A stretch of 64,000 nucleotides of DNA from Nitrosopumilus sp. (GTDB lineage Archaea; Thermoproteota; Nitrososphaeria; Nitrososphaerales; Nitrosopumilaceae): assembly GCA_963667665.2 (NCBI GenBank), contig OY763927.2:1344001-1408000 (forward strand), read 5' to 3'. Positions 25,789 through 36,297 of this stretch are shown in pieces. Position numbers and translations under genes: made by a program. The notes beneath the pieces were generated by a model. It had not been told where the DNA came from. It was given only the letters and a program-made list of their open reading frames with translations, and ran no database searches. Positions within the stretch are counted from its first letter, which is position 1, and every line of letters starts with the position of its first letter.

Positions 25789-28743
25789 TTAAATTTTTTC
25801 TTTTAATTCATCTACTTTTTGATCATATTTACCATCTGAAAATCTATTTGCAAATTCATATGCATCTAGAGCACGAACAAAATCTCCAGAAGACTCTATA
25901 ATTTTACCTTTTTGAGCCCAAAGTTCAGTGTCAAATTTGGCTTTATCTATAGCAGTGTTAATTGAACGCTCTGCTTCACGATATTCTTCAATTGATAATA
26001 AAATATCAGTGGATGAAATTAAATATTCAAGTATTTTCTGTTCAAATACATTCCTAAATTGTTGATTTTTTTTAACTTGATCCATGTCAGTTATTTTTAA
26101 GAATATAAGAGAAACATCTTTGTGCCATATTACATAATCATCATAATCAGGATGTTTATCTTGTTCAATAGTTTTAAAATGAGAAATTGCACATTTATCA
26201 ATTATCTCCAAAAAATTGTGTATGTCTATATCATTAACAGATAAATTAAACTTTTTAAAATACTTCAATTCATTACTAATTGCATTATTTATTTTATTAC
26301 ATGTTCTTTCTGCAGTCTCATAATCAGAATGTTCAAAAGATAAATAAAATTTTATTAATACTAAATCGTTTTTAGACATACTATTTGTGAATGAATCTAA
26401 ATATGCAATTGTATGTAAATAATTTTCTTCATTCTCAAAAATTATTTCCTTGTTAAGATTCAAATCAATAGAATCTTGTAATGATATTACTAATTTTGGA
26501 TTATTTTGTTCAGAGTTTGATTTTAAATCAATTTCATCTAAGTTAAGCTTAACTAAAAATAATTTAACATTAGCATTAAGATCATCAGGGTTGATGTCAA
26601 TAATATTTTGACATTGAATTTCAGCTATACTAAATTTTTTATTTAAAAGAAAAGTATCACATATCTTATGAGAAATTTCAGCATCGTCAGATTTAAATTC
26701 TTTAAATTCATCTAAAACTTTTTTAGATGTTGAAAGATCACCAATTTTTTCTAATTTTATTGCTTTGACAGCATATGCATCAGGTCTTGATATATCAGAA
26801 TCTAAAACATTTTCAACTTTTAATATGTATGAATCACCTGTTGAATACAATTCCTCATAATAATAATCAGAAATTCCCCAAGCAAAAATGTAATTTTTTC
26901 TCTCATCCCAAATTTGTTGATGAATATCAGATTCAAGAGAATAAAAAACCAGATAGTCAATATCATAATATTCAATATATTTTTGAAACGAAATTTGGTC
27001 AAAAAACATAGGAAGAACAACAGAACTTAAATCAGTTTTTAAAGAGACTAGGTAAGGGTGATTAGTACCCATAGTTGCATTGAGATCAATTTCATTATTT
27101 ATAAAATTATTAATAATTTTTGCATCATTATTTTCTATTTTAAAAGTTAAAGCGTGAGAATTAATTTTTTCAAGTCCATAAGACATATCAATAATAAGAA
27201 TAACTGAAATGGAAATCAAAATTAAATAACAAACATTTCTTGTAGAAATATTTTTAAAAACTATTAAATTTTTTAAAGTGTGATTATCAAAGTTAAATCG
27301 GTTTAATAGAACAATAAAAATTTTTTCTGCACCAATTATTGCAAGAGGTAAAAGAAGAAGAAGTTGAAGTAAAAAATGTTTATGTGAAGGAACTAATCGT
27401 CCTGAATTCAGTGAGTATAAATAAACTATTATCAAAGTTATAAAAGAGCTTATTAAAATGAATTTTTGAAATCGTGAAGTATTATCTAAAAAGTTATTTG
27501 AAAATTTGTAAAATAAAAATATCAAAATTATAGGAAAAATGAATATAAAGAAAATTTGTAAAGTAAGTAGAGTAGAATGACTGAACAGAACATCTTCACC
27601 TTGAGAACTAAATTGTGAATTGACCTCAGAGATTTGCCAAACAATAAGATACAGAATAATCACAACAGAAAAATAAATCAAACCTTTTTTAACAGATTTT
27701 CTAGATATATTTTTGAAGGAAATAAAGGAAAAACCAGCAAATACTAATATAAAAATTACAATTAAACCTATATGAAAAAAGGAAAACATTTCATTAAAAA
27801 CACCTCCAAATACATCAAATGGTAAAAAAGGTTGAGGCAATATATCAAAATCAATTTTTGCAGATGAAACAACATTTGTTGGTAAGTAAGAAACATCATC
27901 ACTTATTGTAGGTAAAAATGATAGATAGTTTGATAATTTATCAGTTAATGGAAGATATAATCCCCATCCTATATCTTGAAAATAATAATAATTACGTATG
28001 AACCAAGGAATAAAAATTACAAGTCCAATTAAATTCGATATTAATATTCCTTTAAATTCTCTATTTAGTAATAGAAAAATATTGTAACTAAGTATGATGT
28101 ATAATCCAAAAGGATGAGTCAGGTAGGCTAATCCAAAAAATAATCCAGAAATTATATATTCAGTTTTTTTTTTTCCAAAGAAAAAAAATGGAGTAATTAT
28201 AAAAATATACATTAGAGGATACAATAAAATTCTTGTAGAACTCCATTCAAACCATGGCACAAATAATATTAATGAAGTAGATAACATAGCTGGAAACAAA
28301 CCAAACTTTTTTTTCAATAAAAAGAAAAATAAAACTAGAAAAAATGATGAAAGAATATTATTGAAATAACTTCCTGTTACCCATAATTCTTCCAGAGGGG
28401 GATTTATTAATTCAAGAAAACCTCCCAGCCCAATGTAATAAAGCGGTCCTTTAACAACCATCGGGTATTCGGCATTAGGATAATGTTCAATTAATTTGTC
28501 AACAGAAAATTTGGGATTATGATAGGAAGTTGTATCAAAGAAAAATTTTCCAGTCTTACGAAAATTCTCTGCAACAGATAAATTTATTCCATCATCAGCT
28601 ACCCAAACGACTTCGAGAAAATTTGTGCGTAAGTATGAGGCGATAAGAGAGTTGCCAATAATTAAAAATAATATAAACAAAATTTGTATTATTAAAAGTA
28701 ATTTTTGATTTTTTATGTTGTTAAGCAGTTTATATTTAGACAA
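25789..28743 (-). CDS. Large GT-C fold (ArnT/PMT-like) membrane glycosyltransferase with C-terminal TPR-like region
   Basis: WVADDG loop after TM1, KGPLYY, many TMs, PWFIRNY; helical repeats such as AERSINTAIDKAKFDTELWAQKG. Confidence 0.65.
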   Translation of the reverse strand: MSKYKLLNNIKNQKLLLIIQILFILFLIIGNSLIASYLRTNFLEVVWVADDGINLSVAENFRKTGKFFFDTTSYHNPKFSVDKLIEHYPNAEYPMVVKGPLYYIGLGGFLELINPPLEELWVTGSYFNNILSSFFLVLFFFLLKKKFGLFPAMLSTSLILFVPWFEWSSTRILLYPLMYIFIITPFFFFGKKKTEYIISGLFFGLAYLTHPFGLYIILSYNIFLLLNREFKGILISNLIGLVIFIPWFIRNYYYFQDIGWGLYLPLTDKLSNYLSFLPTISDDVSYLPTNVVSSAKIDFDILPQPFLPFDVFGGVFNEMFSFFHIGLIVIFILVFAGFSFISFKNISRKSVKKGLIYFSVVIILYLIVWQISEVNSQFSSQGEDVLFSHSTLLTLQIFFIFIFPIILIFLFYKFSNNFLDNTSRFQKFILISSFITLIIVYLYSLNSGRLVPSHKHFLLQLLLLLPLAIIGAEKIFIVLLNRFNFDNHTLKNLIVFKNISTRNVCYLILISISVILIIDMSYGLEKINSHALTFKIENNDAKIINNFINNEIDLNATMGTNHPYLVSLKTDLSSVVLPMFFDQISFQKYIEYYDIDYLVFYSLESDIHQQIWDERKNYIFAWGISDYYYEELYSTGDSYILKVENVLDSDISRPDAYAVKAIKLEKIGDLSTSKKVLDEFKEFKSDDAEISHKICDTFLLNKKFSIAEIQCQNIIDINPDDLNANVKLFLVKLNLDEIDLKSNSEQNNPKLVISLQDSIDLNLNKEIIFENEENYLHTIAYLDSFTNSMSKNDLVLIKFYLSFEHSDYETAERTCNKINNAISNELKYFKKFNLSVNDIDIHNFLEIIDKCAISHFKTIEQDKHPDYDDYVIWHKDVSLIFLKITDMDQVKKNQQFRNVFEQKILEYLISSTDILLSIEEYREAERSINTAIDKAKFDTELWAQKGKIIESSGDFVRALDAYEFANRFSDGKYDQKVDELKEKI

Positions 28744-28776
28744 TTCTTAAAACCAAAAACTATTCTAATCAAATGA

Positions 28777-29562
28777 TTATTCTAGAATGGCATAAGATGG
28801 AGAAGGAGAAAAATTAAATCGTTTAAGTCTAATGTTGTGGATTCCCAATTCTTCTATAACAGCAATAGTTTCACCAGGCCAATTTGGATGATTTAATTCA
28901 TCGAAAGATATGATAGCACCTTTAGGCATTCGTGGTAAAAGAAGTTTTAATGCTACTTTTGTTCCTGAATAGATATCTAAATCTAAATTCAACAAACTTA
29001 CAACTAGGTGTGGGTTTTCTTTAAGATATTTTGGGAGAGTTTTTGTAACATCACCTTTTACTAATTCTACTTTGGGACTTTGATTTTGGTATCTGTCACG
29101 ATCATAAAGAGAAATGGATTTTAAAAGATCGTCATAGGAATCTACATAATTTCCTTGTTTTTTTGGAGTTTTCATTCCACGAGATTTTTCAATAGATTTT
29201 GAAATGTTATCTTTTCCAGAAATAGAAGGAAAGCCAGAAAAAGTATCAAATCCAATAATTTTTCTTGAATAATTTGAAGGTTCATAGATAGAACTTAATT
29301 TTGCCCAAGACATCAAACCGCCACCAAACAGAACACCTAGCTCTAAAATAGAACCATGAACGTTTAGAATTTTTTTAAAAACTTCAACTCGAAACAAAAA
29401 ATTTCTTAAATCCAATTCAGTAACATATTTTGGAAATTGTGAAATCTTTACATAATCAGTTCCTACAGAATTCTGATAATAGTTTGAAATCTCATCTTTA
29501 TAATCAACATTTCTCTTTAAATGTAGAATTCCTTTGTAAGAATTTTTCTTTTTTTGTGTCAT
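28777..29562 (-). CDS. TylF/MycF-type sugar O-methyltransferase
   Basis: GSILELGV, GFDTFSGFP, LVKGD, LDLDIY, FDEL, WPGE; ATG 29562. Confidence 0.8.
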   Translation of the reverse strand: MTQKKKNSYKGILHLKRNVDYKDEISNYYQNSVGTDYVKISQFPKYVTELDLRNFLFRVEVFKKILNVHGSILELGVLFGGGLMSWAKLSSIYEPSNYSRKIIGFDTFSGFPSISGKDNISKSIEKSRGMKTPKKQGNYVDSYDDLLKSISLYDRDRYQNQSPKVELVKGDVTKTLPKYLKENPHLVVSLLNLDLDIYSGTKVALKLLLPRMPKGAIISFDELNHPNWPGETIAVIEELGIHNIRLKRFNFSPSPSYAILE

Positions 29563-29650
29563 GATATCACAGAAAAAATCCACTTTTTATGGTTTACGAA
29601 AAGATTCATTATTAGATATACACATTAAGCCTGTTTTATGAATAGCTTTC

Positions 29651-30307
29651 TCATTTTTTAATTATATATTTAGGATGTTTCGAAAAAGGAAATTCAAGGA
29701 TTTCGATATTCTCATCTTTGAAATAATCATCCACAGCTTTAGTTTCACCAGGAAATTTTTCATAATCATCAAGAATCAAAATTCCACCAGAAGAAAGTTT
29801 TGGGTATAATGATTCCAATATTGCTACAGATGGTTCATAAATATCGACATCAAGATTGAGAAGAGATATTTTCAAATCAGAATGTTTTTTGATATATTCT
29901 GGAACGCTTTTAGTTATATCACCTTTAACTAATTCAACATAATTTTTAACATCTTTATGAGAAAGTACTGAATGTAATTGTTCTGTAGAAATACAATTTT
30001 CACCAGCATCACTGATAAATTTATCACGAGGACTAAAATCTTGTTCAAAATTAGTTTGAGGAAATTTTTCAAATGTATCAAAACCAATTACTTTTTTGTT
30101 AATATCAAACAATTTCAAAAAAGTTGCAAATCGACTTAATGACACACCTTTAAAAACACCACAATCAACTATGTCTCCAGGAATTTTTAAAGTCATTTTA
30201 AACAATTCATAATGAATTATAATTTTTCCAATTCTTGATGGATCACAGGAAAGATAAAAATCATTTTCATATTCAAATGATTTATCAAAATCAGGTAAAT
30301 CAAACAT
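29651..30307 (-). CDS. TylF/MycF-type sugar O-methyltransferase
   Basis: GDIVDCGVFKG, GFDTF, LDVDIYEP, LDDY, FPGE. Confidence 0.8.
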   Translation of the reverse strand: MFDLPDFDKSFEYENDFYLSCDPSRIGKIIIHYELFKMTLKIPGDIVDCGVFKGVSLSRFATFLKLFDINKKVIGFDTFEKFPQTNFEQDFSPRDKFISDAGENCISTEQLHSVLSHKDVKNYVELVKGDITKSVPEYIKKHSDLKISLLNLDVDIYEPSVAILESLYPKLSSGGILILDDYEKFPGETKAVDDYFKDENIEILEFPFSKHPKYIIKK

Positions 30308-30415
30308 AAATATTAAAAAATTTAACGTCTTAAAATCATAACTATTAACAAAATGTCAATATATCATAAGATTTTTTTAAAATCAAAATAGACTAAGTTA
30401 AATAATGATTTAGGA

Positions 30416-31027
30416 ATGATGACAACAATGAATCTGGTTTTTGAAAAGGAAATTAAGAACAATATTAAAAAGAGTGCATCAACTATAGAAAAAATCTCAT
30501 CTCAAATTAATCAAATTGATGAATCAATAAACAAGATTTTAGATTGTTACCAGAAAGGAAAAAAAGTTATAATATTTGGAAACGGTGGGAGTGCAGCAGA
30601 TGCACAACATATTGCGGCAGAATTCATTGGAAGGTTTTATTTAGAGAGAGAGAGCTACCCTGCTATTGCTCTCACAACAGATACATCTATTCTAACCTCA
30701 CTTGGGAATGATTATTCATTTGATGTGATTTTTAGTAGACAATGTGAAAGTCTAGTTTCAAAAGGAGATGTAGTAATTGGAATTTCAACAAGTGGAAAAT
30801 CTCAAAATGTGAAAAATGGATTAATTGAAGCAAAAAAGAAAGGTGCAATTACCATAGGACTTTTAGGAAATAGTGGTGGAACAATTAAAAAAATTACAGA
30901 TATTCCAATTATTGTAGATTCTAATGAAACACCTAGAATACAGGAAGCACATAGAACAATTTATCATATAATTTGTGAAGCAGTTGAAAAAAAATTATCA
31001 ATCAGTAGATCTGGAAAGAAGAAATGA
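30416..31027 (+). CDS. gmhA: Sedoheptulose-7-phosphate isomerase (SIS)
   Basis: [28 protein letters not shown]. Confidence 0.9.
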   Translation: MMTTMNLVFEKEIKNNIKKSASTIEKISSQINQIDESINKILDCYQKGKKVIIFGNGGSAADAQHIAAEFIGRFYLERESYPAIALTTDTSILTSLGNDYSFDVIFSRQCESLVSKGDVVIGISTSGKSQNVKNGLIEAKKKGAITIGLLGNSGGTIKKITDIPIIVDSNETPRIQEAHRTIYHIICEAVEKKLSISRSGKKK

Positions 31028-31740
31028 CAGATAAATTTTTAGAAAATAAAAAATGTTTGATCACTGGTGCCACTGGAGGAATTGGTAAAGAGATATCAAA
31101 ACTTTTGATTGATAATGGATGTGATGTTTTCATAACTGGAAGAAACAAGAATAAATTGGAAAAGTTACAAGAAGAACTAAATAGTAAAAATAAAATTGGT
31201 TTTGAATCAGGGGATTTAACAAAAAAGGAAGATATTCAAAGAATAATTAAAAAAATAAGAACAAGTTTTGGTGAAATTGATATTTTAATTAATTGTGCAG
31301 GAATTTTTTTTATTGAGCCTTTATCTACTTCTAAAATTGAAGATTTTGAAAATTGTTTAAAAATTTCAGTAATTGCTCCATTTATTTTTTCTAAAGAATT
31401 TTCTCAAGAAATGATAAGGAAAAAATGGGGTAGAATTATCAATATTGGATCTTCATCATCATATAGTGGTTTTAAAAATGGTTCAATTTATTGTTCATCA
31501 AAGCATTCTATTTTAGGGCTATCAAGAGCTTTACATCAAGAATTAAAAGAAAATAATGTAAGAGTTCTTTGTATCTCTCCAGGTTCTACTCAAACAGACA
31601 TGGGAAAATTATCAACTGATCAAGATTTTAGTACATTCCTGAAACCAAAAGAAGTTGCAGAATACATTATTTTTGCAATGAAATTTGATAATGAATTAAT
31701 TATTGATGAAAGTCGTTTAAATCGTATTACACTAAAATAA
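31024..31740 (+). CDS. SDR family oxidoreductase
   Basis: [18 protein letters not shown]. Confidence 0.88.
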   Translation: MTDKFLENKKCLITGATGGIGKEISKLLIDNGCDVFITGRNKNKLEKLQEELNSKNKIGFESGDLTKKEDIQRIIKKIRTSFGEIDILINCAGIFFIEPLSTSKIEDFENCLKISVIAPFIFSKEFSQEMIRKKWGRIINIGSSSSYSGFKNGSIYCSSKHSILGLSRALHQELKENNVRVLCISPGSTQTDMGKLSTDQDFSTFLKPKEVAEYIIFAMKFDNELIIDESRLNRITLK

Positions 31741-31748
31741 AAAATGGA

Positions 31749-32576
31749 TTAGAGATTTCGTAATTTCTTCATTACAGGTATTTCAGAATCCCATACACGT
31801 TTTACACCATCACCTAAAATAGATTCTATCTTTCTGAGATCTCTAACCATGCGTCGTAAACCATCAAATTCTAAAGATGCTGGATGATCTGAACCATACA
31901 TAGATCTGTCTAATGTAATATGTCTCTCAAAAGTAGTAGCACCTAAAACTGCGGCAGCTAGACAAACAAGATATGAAGCAGTTTCATGTCCACTATATCC
32001 AACATTACAATCAAATTCATTTTTTAAAGTGGTAATACATTTTAGGTTAGCTTCTTCTAATTTCATTGGATAAGAGCTATTAGTATGCATTAATTCAAAA
32101 GGGCAATTATTATCTCTAAAAATTTTAACTGCTTCTTTAATTTGATCCATGGAACTCATACCAGTTGAGATAAAGGTATGTTTTTTTTCTTCTGCAATTG
32201 TTTTCAACAATTCTTTATCTGTTAATAATGCTGAAGCGACTTTATTATGATGTAAATCATATTGCCGCAAAAATAATTGACTATCAATATCCCAGGCAGA
32301 AGCAAACCATTCTATTTTATTTTGTTTACAGTATTCATCAATATCATCATATTCATCTTTATTAAATTCCAATCCCAATTTCTGCTCCCTTGTAGTTTTA
32401 CCCCAAGGACTTTCTCTAGGAGAATCTAAGACATCTTTTGAATATACCTTATCAATAGTTCTTTTCTGAAATTTTACAGCATCACAACCTGCTGTTTTTG
32501 CTAAAAAAATTAGTTGTTTTGCGATGTCAACGCTACCATTATGATTAATTCCAATTTCAGCAATGATGAACATCAA
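31749..32576 (-). CDS. NeuB/SpsE-family ulosonic acid synthase (short, no SAF domain)
   Basis: IIAEIGINHNG, VKFQKR, ISTGMS, SSYP, GYSGHE, ERHITL. Confidence 0.9.
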   Translation of the reverse strand: MMFIIAEIGINHNGSVDIAKQLIFLAKTAGCDAVKFQKRTIDKVYSKDVLDSPRESPWGKTTREQKLGLEFNKDEYDDIDEYCKQNKIEWFASAWDIDSQLFLRQYDLHHNKVASALLTDKELLKTIAEEKKHTFISTGMSSMDQIKEAVKIFRDNNCPFELMHTNSSYPMKLEEANLKCITTLKNEFDCNVGYSGHETASYLVCLAAAVLGATTFERHITLDRSMYGSDHPASLEFDGLRRMVRDLRKIESILGDGVKRVWDSEIPVMKKLRNL

Positions 32577-32599
32577 TAATCATTTTTATCAAAACAAAT

Positions 32600-33100
32600 C
32601 TACTTTATATTTTGTACTGATAGAATCATATCAGCTATTTCTCGAAATGCTCCTTCACCGCCTCTTTTTTTACAAACATAATGACAGTTTTTTTTCAACT
32701 CTTCAATTCCGTCGTTAGGAGTAGCAGAAAATCCAACTATTTTTAATAGACCAAAATCATTTACATCATCACCTATATAGGCAACTTCGTTTGAATTGAC
32801 CTTGAAATCTTTACAGATTTTTTTTAATACAAGTTCTTTATTTGTTATACCATCAAAAAGTTTTTGAATTTTCATTTTTTTAGCCCATTGTTTTATAATT
32901 TCATTTTTTTCCTTAGTTACAATTATTGAAGGAATCTCATTTTTTCTAAGTAACGTTACTCCCATTCCATCACGTGTAAAAAATTTTTTCATGATGTCAC
33001 CTTTTGAAGAATAATACATTCCTCCATCTGTTAAGACACCATCAACATCAGTCATGACAATTTTTATTTTCTTACATTTTGATGCTATAGTAGAACGCAT
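32600..33100 (-). CDS. KdsC-type HAD phosphatase
   Basis: DVDGVLTDG, RDGMG, YIGDDVND, GGEGAFRE; ATG 33100. Confidence 0.9.
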   Translation of the reverse strand: MRSTIASKCKKIKIVMTDVDGVLTDGGMYYSSKGDIMKKFFTRDGMGVTLLRKNEIPSIIVTKEKNEIIKQWAKKMKIQKLFDGITNKELVLKKICKDFKVNSNEVAYIGDDVNDFGLLKIVGFSATPNDGIEELKKNCHYVCKKRGGEGAFREIADMILSVQNIK

Positions 33101-33156
33101 TATTAGATATTGAAAAATCATCAATATTATTATATCAACCTGTAAAAATTACAGTT

Positions 33157-33603
33157 ATGACAAAAGCAGTTAAAGAAACTAGGCATATTGGAATTGCTGT
33201 GACAAACATGGAAAAATCACTTTACTTTTACCGTGATCTTTTGGGATTAGAAATTGTTCGAGAAATGGATGAATCTGGTGAATATATTGATAACATGTTA
33301 TCCATTAATAATGTAAATGTAAAAACTGTAAAAATGTCTGTAAACAATGGGATTACATTAATTGAACTGCTTGAGTTTAAATCGCATCCAAAAGAAAATC
33401 AACAAAGAGAAATTTATGATATTGGAGCATCTCATGTTGCATTTACTGTAGAAAATCTTAATGAAATGTATGAATATTTACTTAAATCAGGAGTAGAATT
33501 TAATGCTCCTCCTCAAACATCGCCAGATAAATTTGCGAAAGTAACTTTTTGTAAAGATCCAGATGGAACTCCTATAGAATTAGTAGAAGTTATAGGAAAT
33601 TAA
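33157..33603 (+). CDS. VOC/glyoxalase family protein
   Basis: HIGIAV, FYRDLLG, IELLEF, HVAFTV, DPDGTPIELVE. Confidence 0.88.
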   Translation: MTKAVKETRHIGIAVTNMEKSLYFYRDLLGLEIVREMDESGEYIDNMLSINNVNVKTVKMSVNNGITLIELLEFKSHPKENQQREIYDIGASHVAFTVENLNEMYEYLLKSGVEFNAPPQTSPDKFAKVTFCKDPDGTPIELVEVIGN

Positions 33604-33644
33604 TTAAGGAAAAGCTGATTAATGTCTAATTAATTACTAAAAAA

Positions 33645-34412
33645 ATGGAAGATATTTTTTCAATTAAAGATAAAGTAATCATCATAACAGGAGCTGGTAA
33701 AGGTATTGGTAAATTTCTTGCAATGAATATGGCAAAACAGTCAGCTATAGTATATGGAATTGATCTAAAATTTTCTAAAAAAGTTCCAGAAAACCTTTCA
33801 GACAAGTATTATCAAATAAATTGTGATATAACTAAAAATTTGAAGTTTCAAAAAATTTGTAAGATGATTTTTGAAAAACATAAAAAAATAGATGCATTAA
33901 TAAATAATGCAGGAATTTCATTGCCCAGTAAAAAAAATACATTTTATTCTGAAAAAAACTGGAATACTACTCTAAAAATTAATTTAACAGCTCACTTCAA
34001 TTGTAGTCAATCTGTATTAAAATATATGAAAAAAAATAATGATGGTTCAATTGTTAACATTACAAGTCTTAATGCAAAGTTAGGATTTCCAAACAACCCT
34101 GCTTACGTAGCAGCAAAAGGAGGACTAAAAATGCTAGGAAAATCTTTAGCTAGAGATTGGGGAACATTTGGTATTAGAGTAAACAATCTTGGTCCAGGAT
34201 ATATCAAAACAGATATGACAAAGAAAAGTTTCAATAACTTAAAAATTAGAAAAATTAGAGAAAAACGTACAATGTTAGGTAAATGGGGAGAAATAAAAGA
34301 TCTTTTAGGTCCATGTATTTTTTTAATTAGTAATGCTTCAAACTACATTACTGGACAAGACCTCTATGTTGATGGAGGATGGATTTCAAATGGGCTGTCA
34401 AATGAAGATTAG
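33645..34412 (+). CDS. SDR oxidoreductase (gluconate 5-dehydrogenase/KduD-like)
   Basis: TGAGKGIG, NNAG, YVAAK, GPGYIKT, VDGG. Confidence 0.88.
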   Translation: MEDIFSIKDKVIIITGAGKGIGKFLAMNMAKQSAIVYGIDLKFSKKVPENLSDKYYQINCDITKNLKFQKICKMIFEKHKKIDALINNAGISLPSKKNTFYSEKNWNTTLKINLTAHFNCSQSVLKYMKKNNDGSIVNITSLNAKLGFPNNPAYVAAKGGLKMLGKSLARDWGTFGIRVNNLGPGYIKTDMTKKSFNNLKIRKIREKRTMLGKWGEIKDLLGPCIFLISNASNYITGQDLYVDGGWISNGLSNED

Positions 34413-34446
34413 ATTAATGTAACCAAACAAGATTTAATGGATTAAG

Positions 34447-35229
34447 ATGAACGTAGATATTTTTATCCCAGCAAGACTTGGTAGTTCAAGATTACCAGAG
34501 AAGCATTTTAAAAAAATTGATGGTCAACCTGTAATAAAATATTTAATTGAACGATTAAAATCTACAAAAAAAATTAGAAACATAGTTGTCTGTACAACTA
34601 ATTTGAAATCAGATGATCCATTAGTTGAGTTTCTTGAAAAAGAAGAAATCTTGTATTATAGAGGAAATTCTAAAGATATACTAGTACGATTTTTAGATGC
34701 ATCTAAAAAATTTAACACGGATATTATTGTAGATGTAGAAGGAGACAAAATTTACACTGATCCTATCTTTGTAGACAAAATAGTAGAAAAGATGATTAAT
34801 TCAGATATTGACTATCTTGAAGGTAAGAGTTCAAATGAAAACGAACCAGTTCATGGAATTCATGGAGTGATTCCAGCAGGAATTAGAGTTAGTATTTTAG
34901 AAAAAATATGTAATCTCAAGAAAACAAACAACACTGAAACAGGATATAGAGAATTTTTTATAAATAATAAAATTGTTAAATGTGGATTTCTTTTGCTTGA
35001 TTCAGAAATTAAATTTCCTAAAAATATTCGGTTAACACTAGACTATCCTGAAGACTTAGAACTAGCAAAAAATGTTTTTAAAGAATTGGGAAATAATTTC
35101 CATCTTTCAGATATTTTAAATTTATTTAATAAAAAACCGGAATTGTTGAAAATTACTGAACCACTGATAAAAAAATGGGAGAAAGAATATAAAAAAAATC
35201 TGACAAATTTTTCCTTAACAAAAAAATAG
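34447..35229 (+). CDS. Cytidylyltransferase (SpsF/NeuA/KdsB family)
   Basis: IPARLGSSRLPEK, RLTLDYPEDL. Confidence 0.88.
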   Translation: MNVDIFIPARLGSSRLPEKHFKKIDGQPVIKYLIERLKSTKKIRNIVVCTTNLKSDDPLVEFLEKEEILYYRGNSKDILVRFLDASKKFNTDIIVDVEGDKIYTDPIFVDKIVEKMINSDIDYLEGKSSNENEPVHGIHGVIPAGIRVSILEKICNLKKTNNTETGYREFFINNKIVKCGFLLLDSEIKFPKNIRLTLDYPEDLELAKNVFKELGNNFHLSDILNLFNKKPELLKITEPLIKKWEKEYKKNLTNFSLTKK

Positions 35230-35248
35230 AATAATTAATTTTTTATTC

Positions 35249-36247
35249 TTATAATTTTTTAAAAATTGCATTGACCTTAAATCCCATACCTAACTCACAG
35301 ACTTTTTTGGCATCAAATAAATCAGTCATAAGTTTTGAATTACCATATTCAGGATTTTTAAAGTTTAACCAATTTGAAATCCAATTTAATTCAGAAACAT
35401 AAGATTCAGCATGAATTAATTCATAGTCAGACATTAGTAATTTTAATTGATTAATTCCATAATGCATTGTATGATGTGGCCCAATGAAGATGGGGGATTT
35501 ATCATGCATTATTCTAGCAGAAAGACTATCACGATTATTTATTGCAAAAAAGAAAAGACCACCTTTACGAAGATATTTTGTTAAATTTTTAATAACTTGA
35601 TGGGGATTTAAAACATGATCAATGTAATCCCAACAGGTAATGAGATCAAAAGTATTATCAAAATTGATTCTTTCAAGATTATCATTTAATACTTCATGTC
35701 CTTTCTTTTGTGCAACTTTTCTTAAAGGAGTATGATATTCATGACCAATTATAGAATATTTTTCAGTAGCCCAGTCTAAAAAAGTTCCTGATTGGCTTCC
35801 AAAATCAAAAATATTTTTAATTTCTGTATGTTTATTGAGTTCTTCAAAAATAATTTCAAATTTTGTTCTATCTAGTTCATTGACAAATTTATTTTCTTTA
35901 TATTCTCCATAAGCATCACCTTCACCACCTTCTTCCATATAGGGTAATTTTGATTCATCAATTATTTGGAGTGTAAAAATTAAGTCACAAGAATCACACA
36001 ACATGTGATCAAATCCTTGTTTTTCAAATAGAAATTCAATCACTTCAGATTCACATAAAGGACAATTATCTCTAATTATCGTAAATTTAGATTTTACTTT
36101 TTTTGTGAAAGGATCAATATATTTCGAAAGTTCTGATTCACGTTTTGTGAGAGATAAATTTTCATAATTGGATATTTTTGAAATCATTTCTTCTCTAGTA
36201 AATTTATTAGATAAAGAATAGACTTCATCAAGTTTAGAGCGCTGCAT
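35249..36247 (-). CDS. SAM-dependent methyltransferase with N-terminal zinc-binding motif
   Basis: CPLC...CDSC, DFGSQSG, WDYIDHV, LRKGG. Confidence 0.8.
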   Translation of the reverse strand: MQRSKLDEVYSLSNKFTREEMISKISNYENLSLTKRESELSKYIDPFTKKVKSKFTIIRDNCPLCESEVIEFLFEKQGFDHMLCDSCDLIFTLQIIDESKLPYMEEGGEGDAYGEYKENKFVNELDRTKFEIIFEELNKHTEIKNIFDFGSQSGTFLDWATEKYSIIGHEYHTPLRKVAQKKGHEVLNDNLERINFDNTFDLITCWDYIDHVLNPHQVIKNLTKYLRKGGLFFFAINNRDSLSARIMHDKSPIFIGPHHTMHYGINQLKLLMSDYELIHAESYVSELNWISNWLNFKNPEYGNSKLMTDLFDAKKVCELGMGFKVNAIFKKL

Positions 36248-36297
36248 GTTCTATCAAAAAAATTCGTAGTATTTAATCATACTCTAAAATATTCAAA

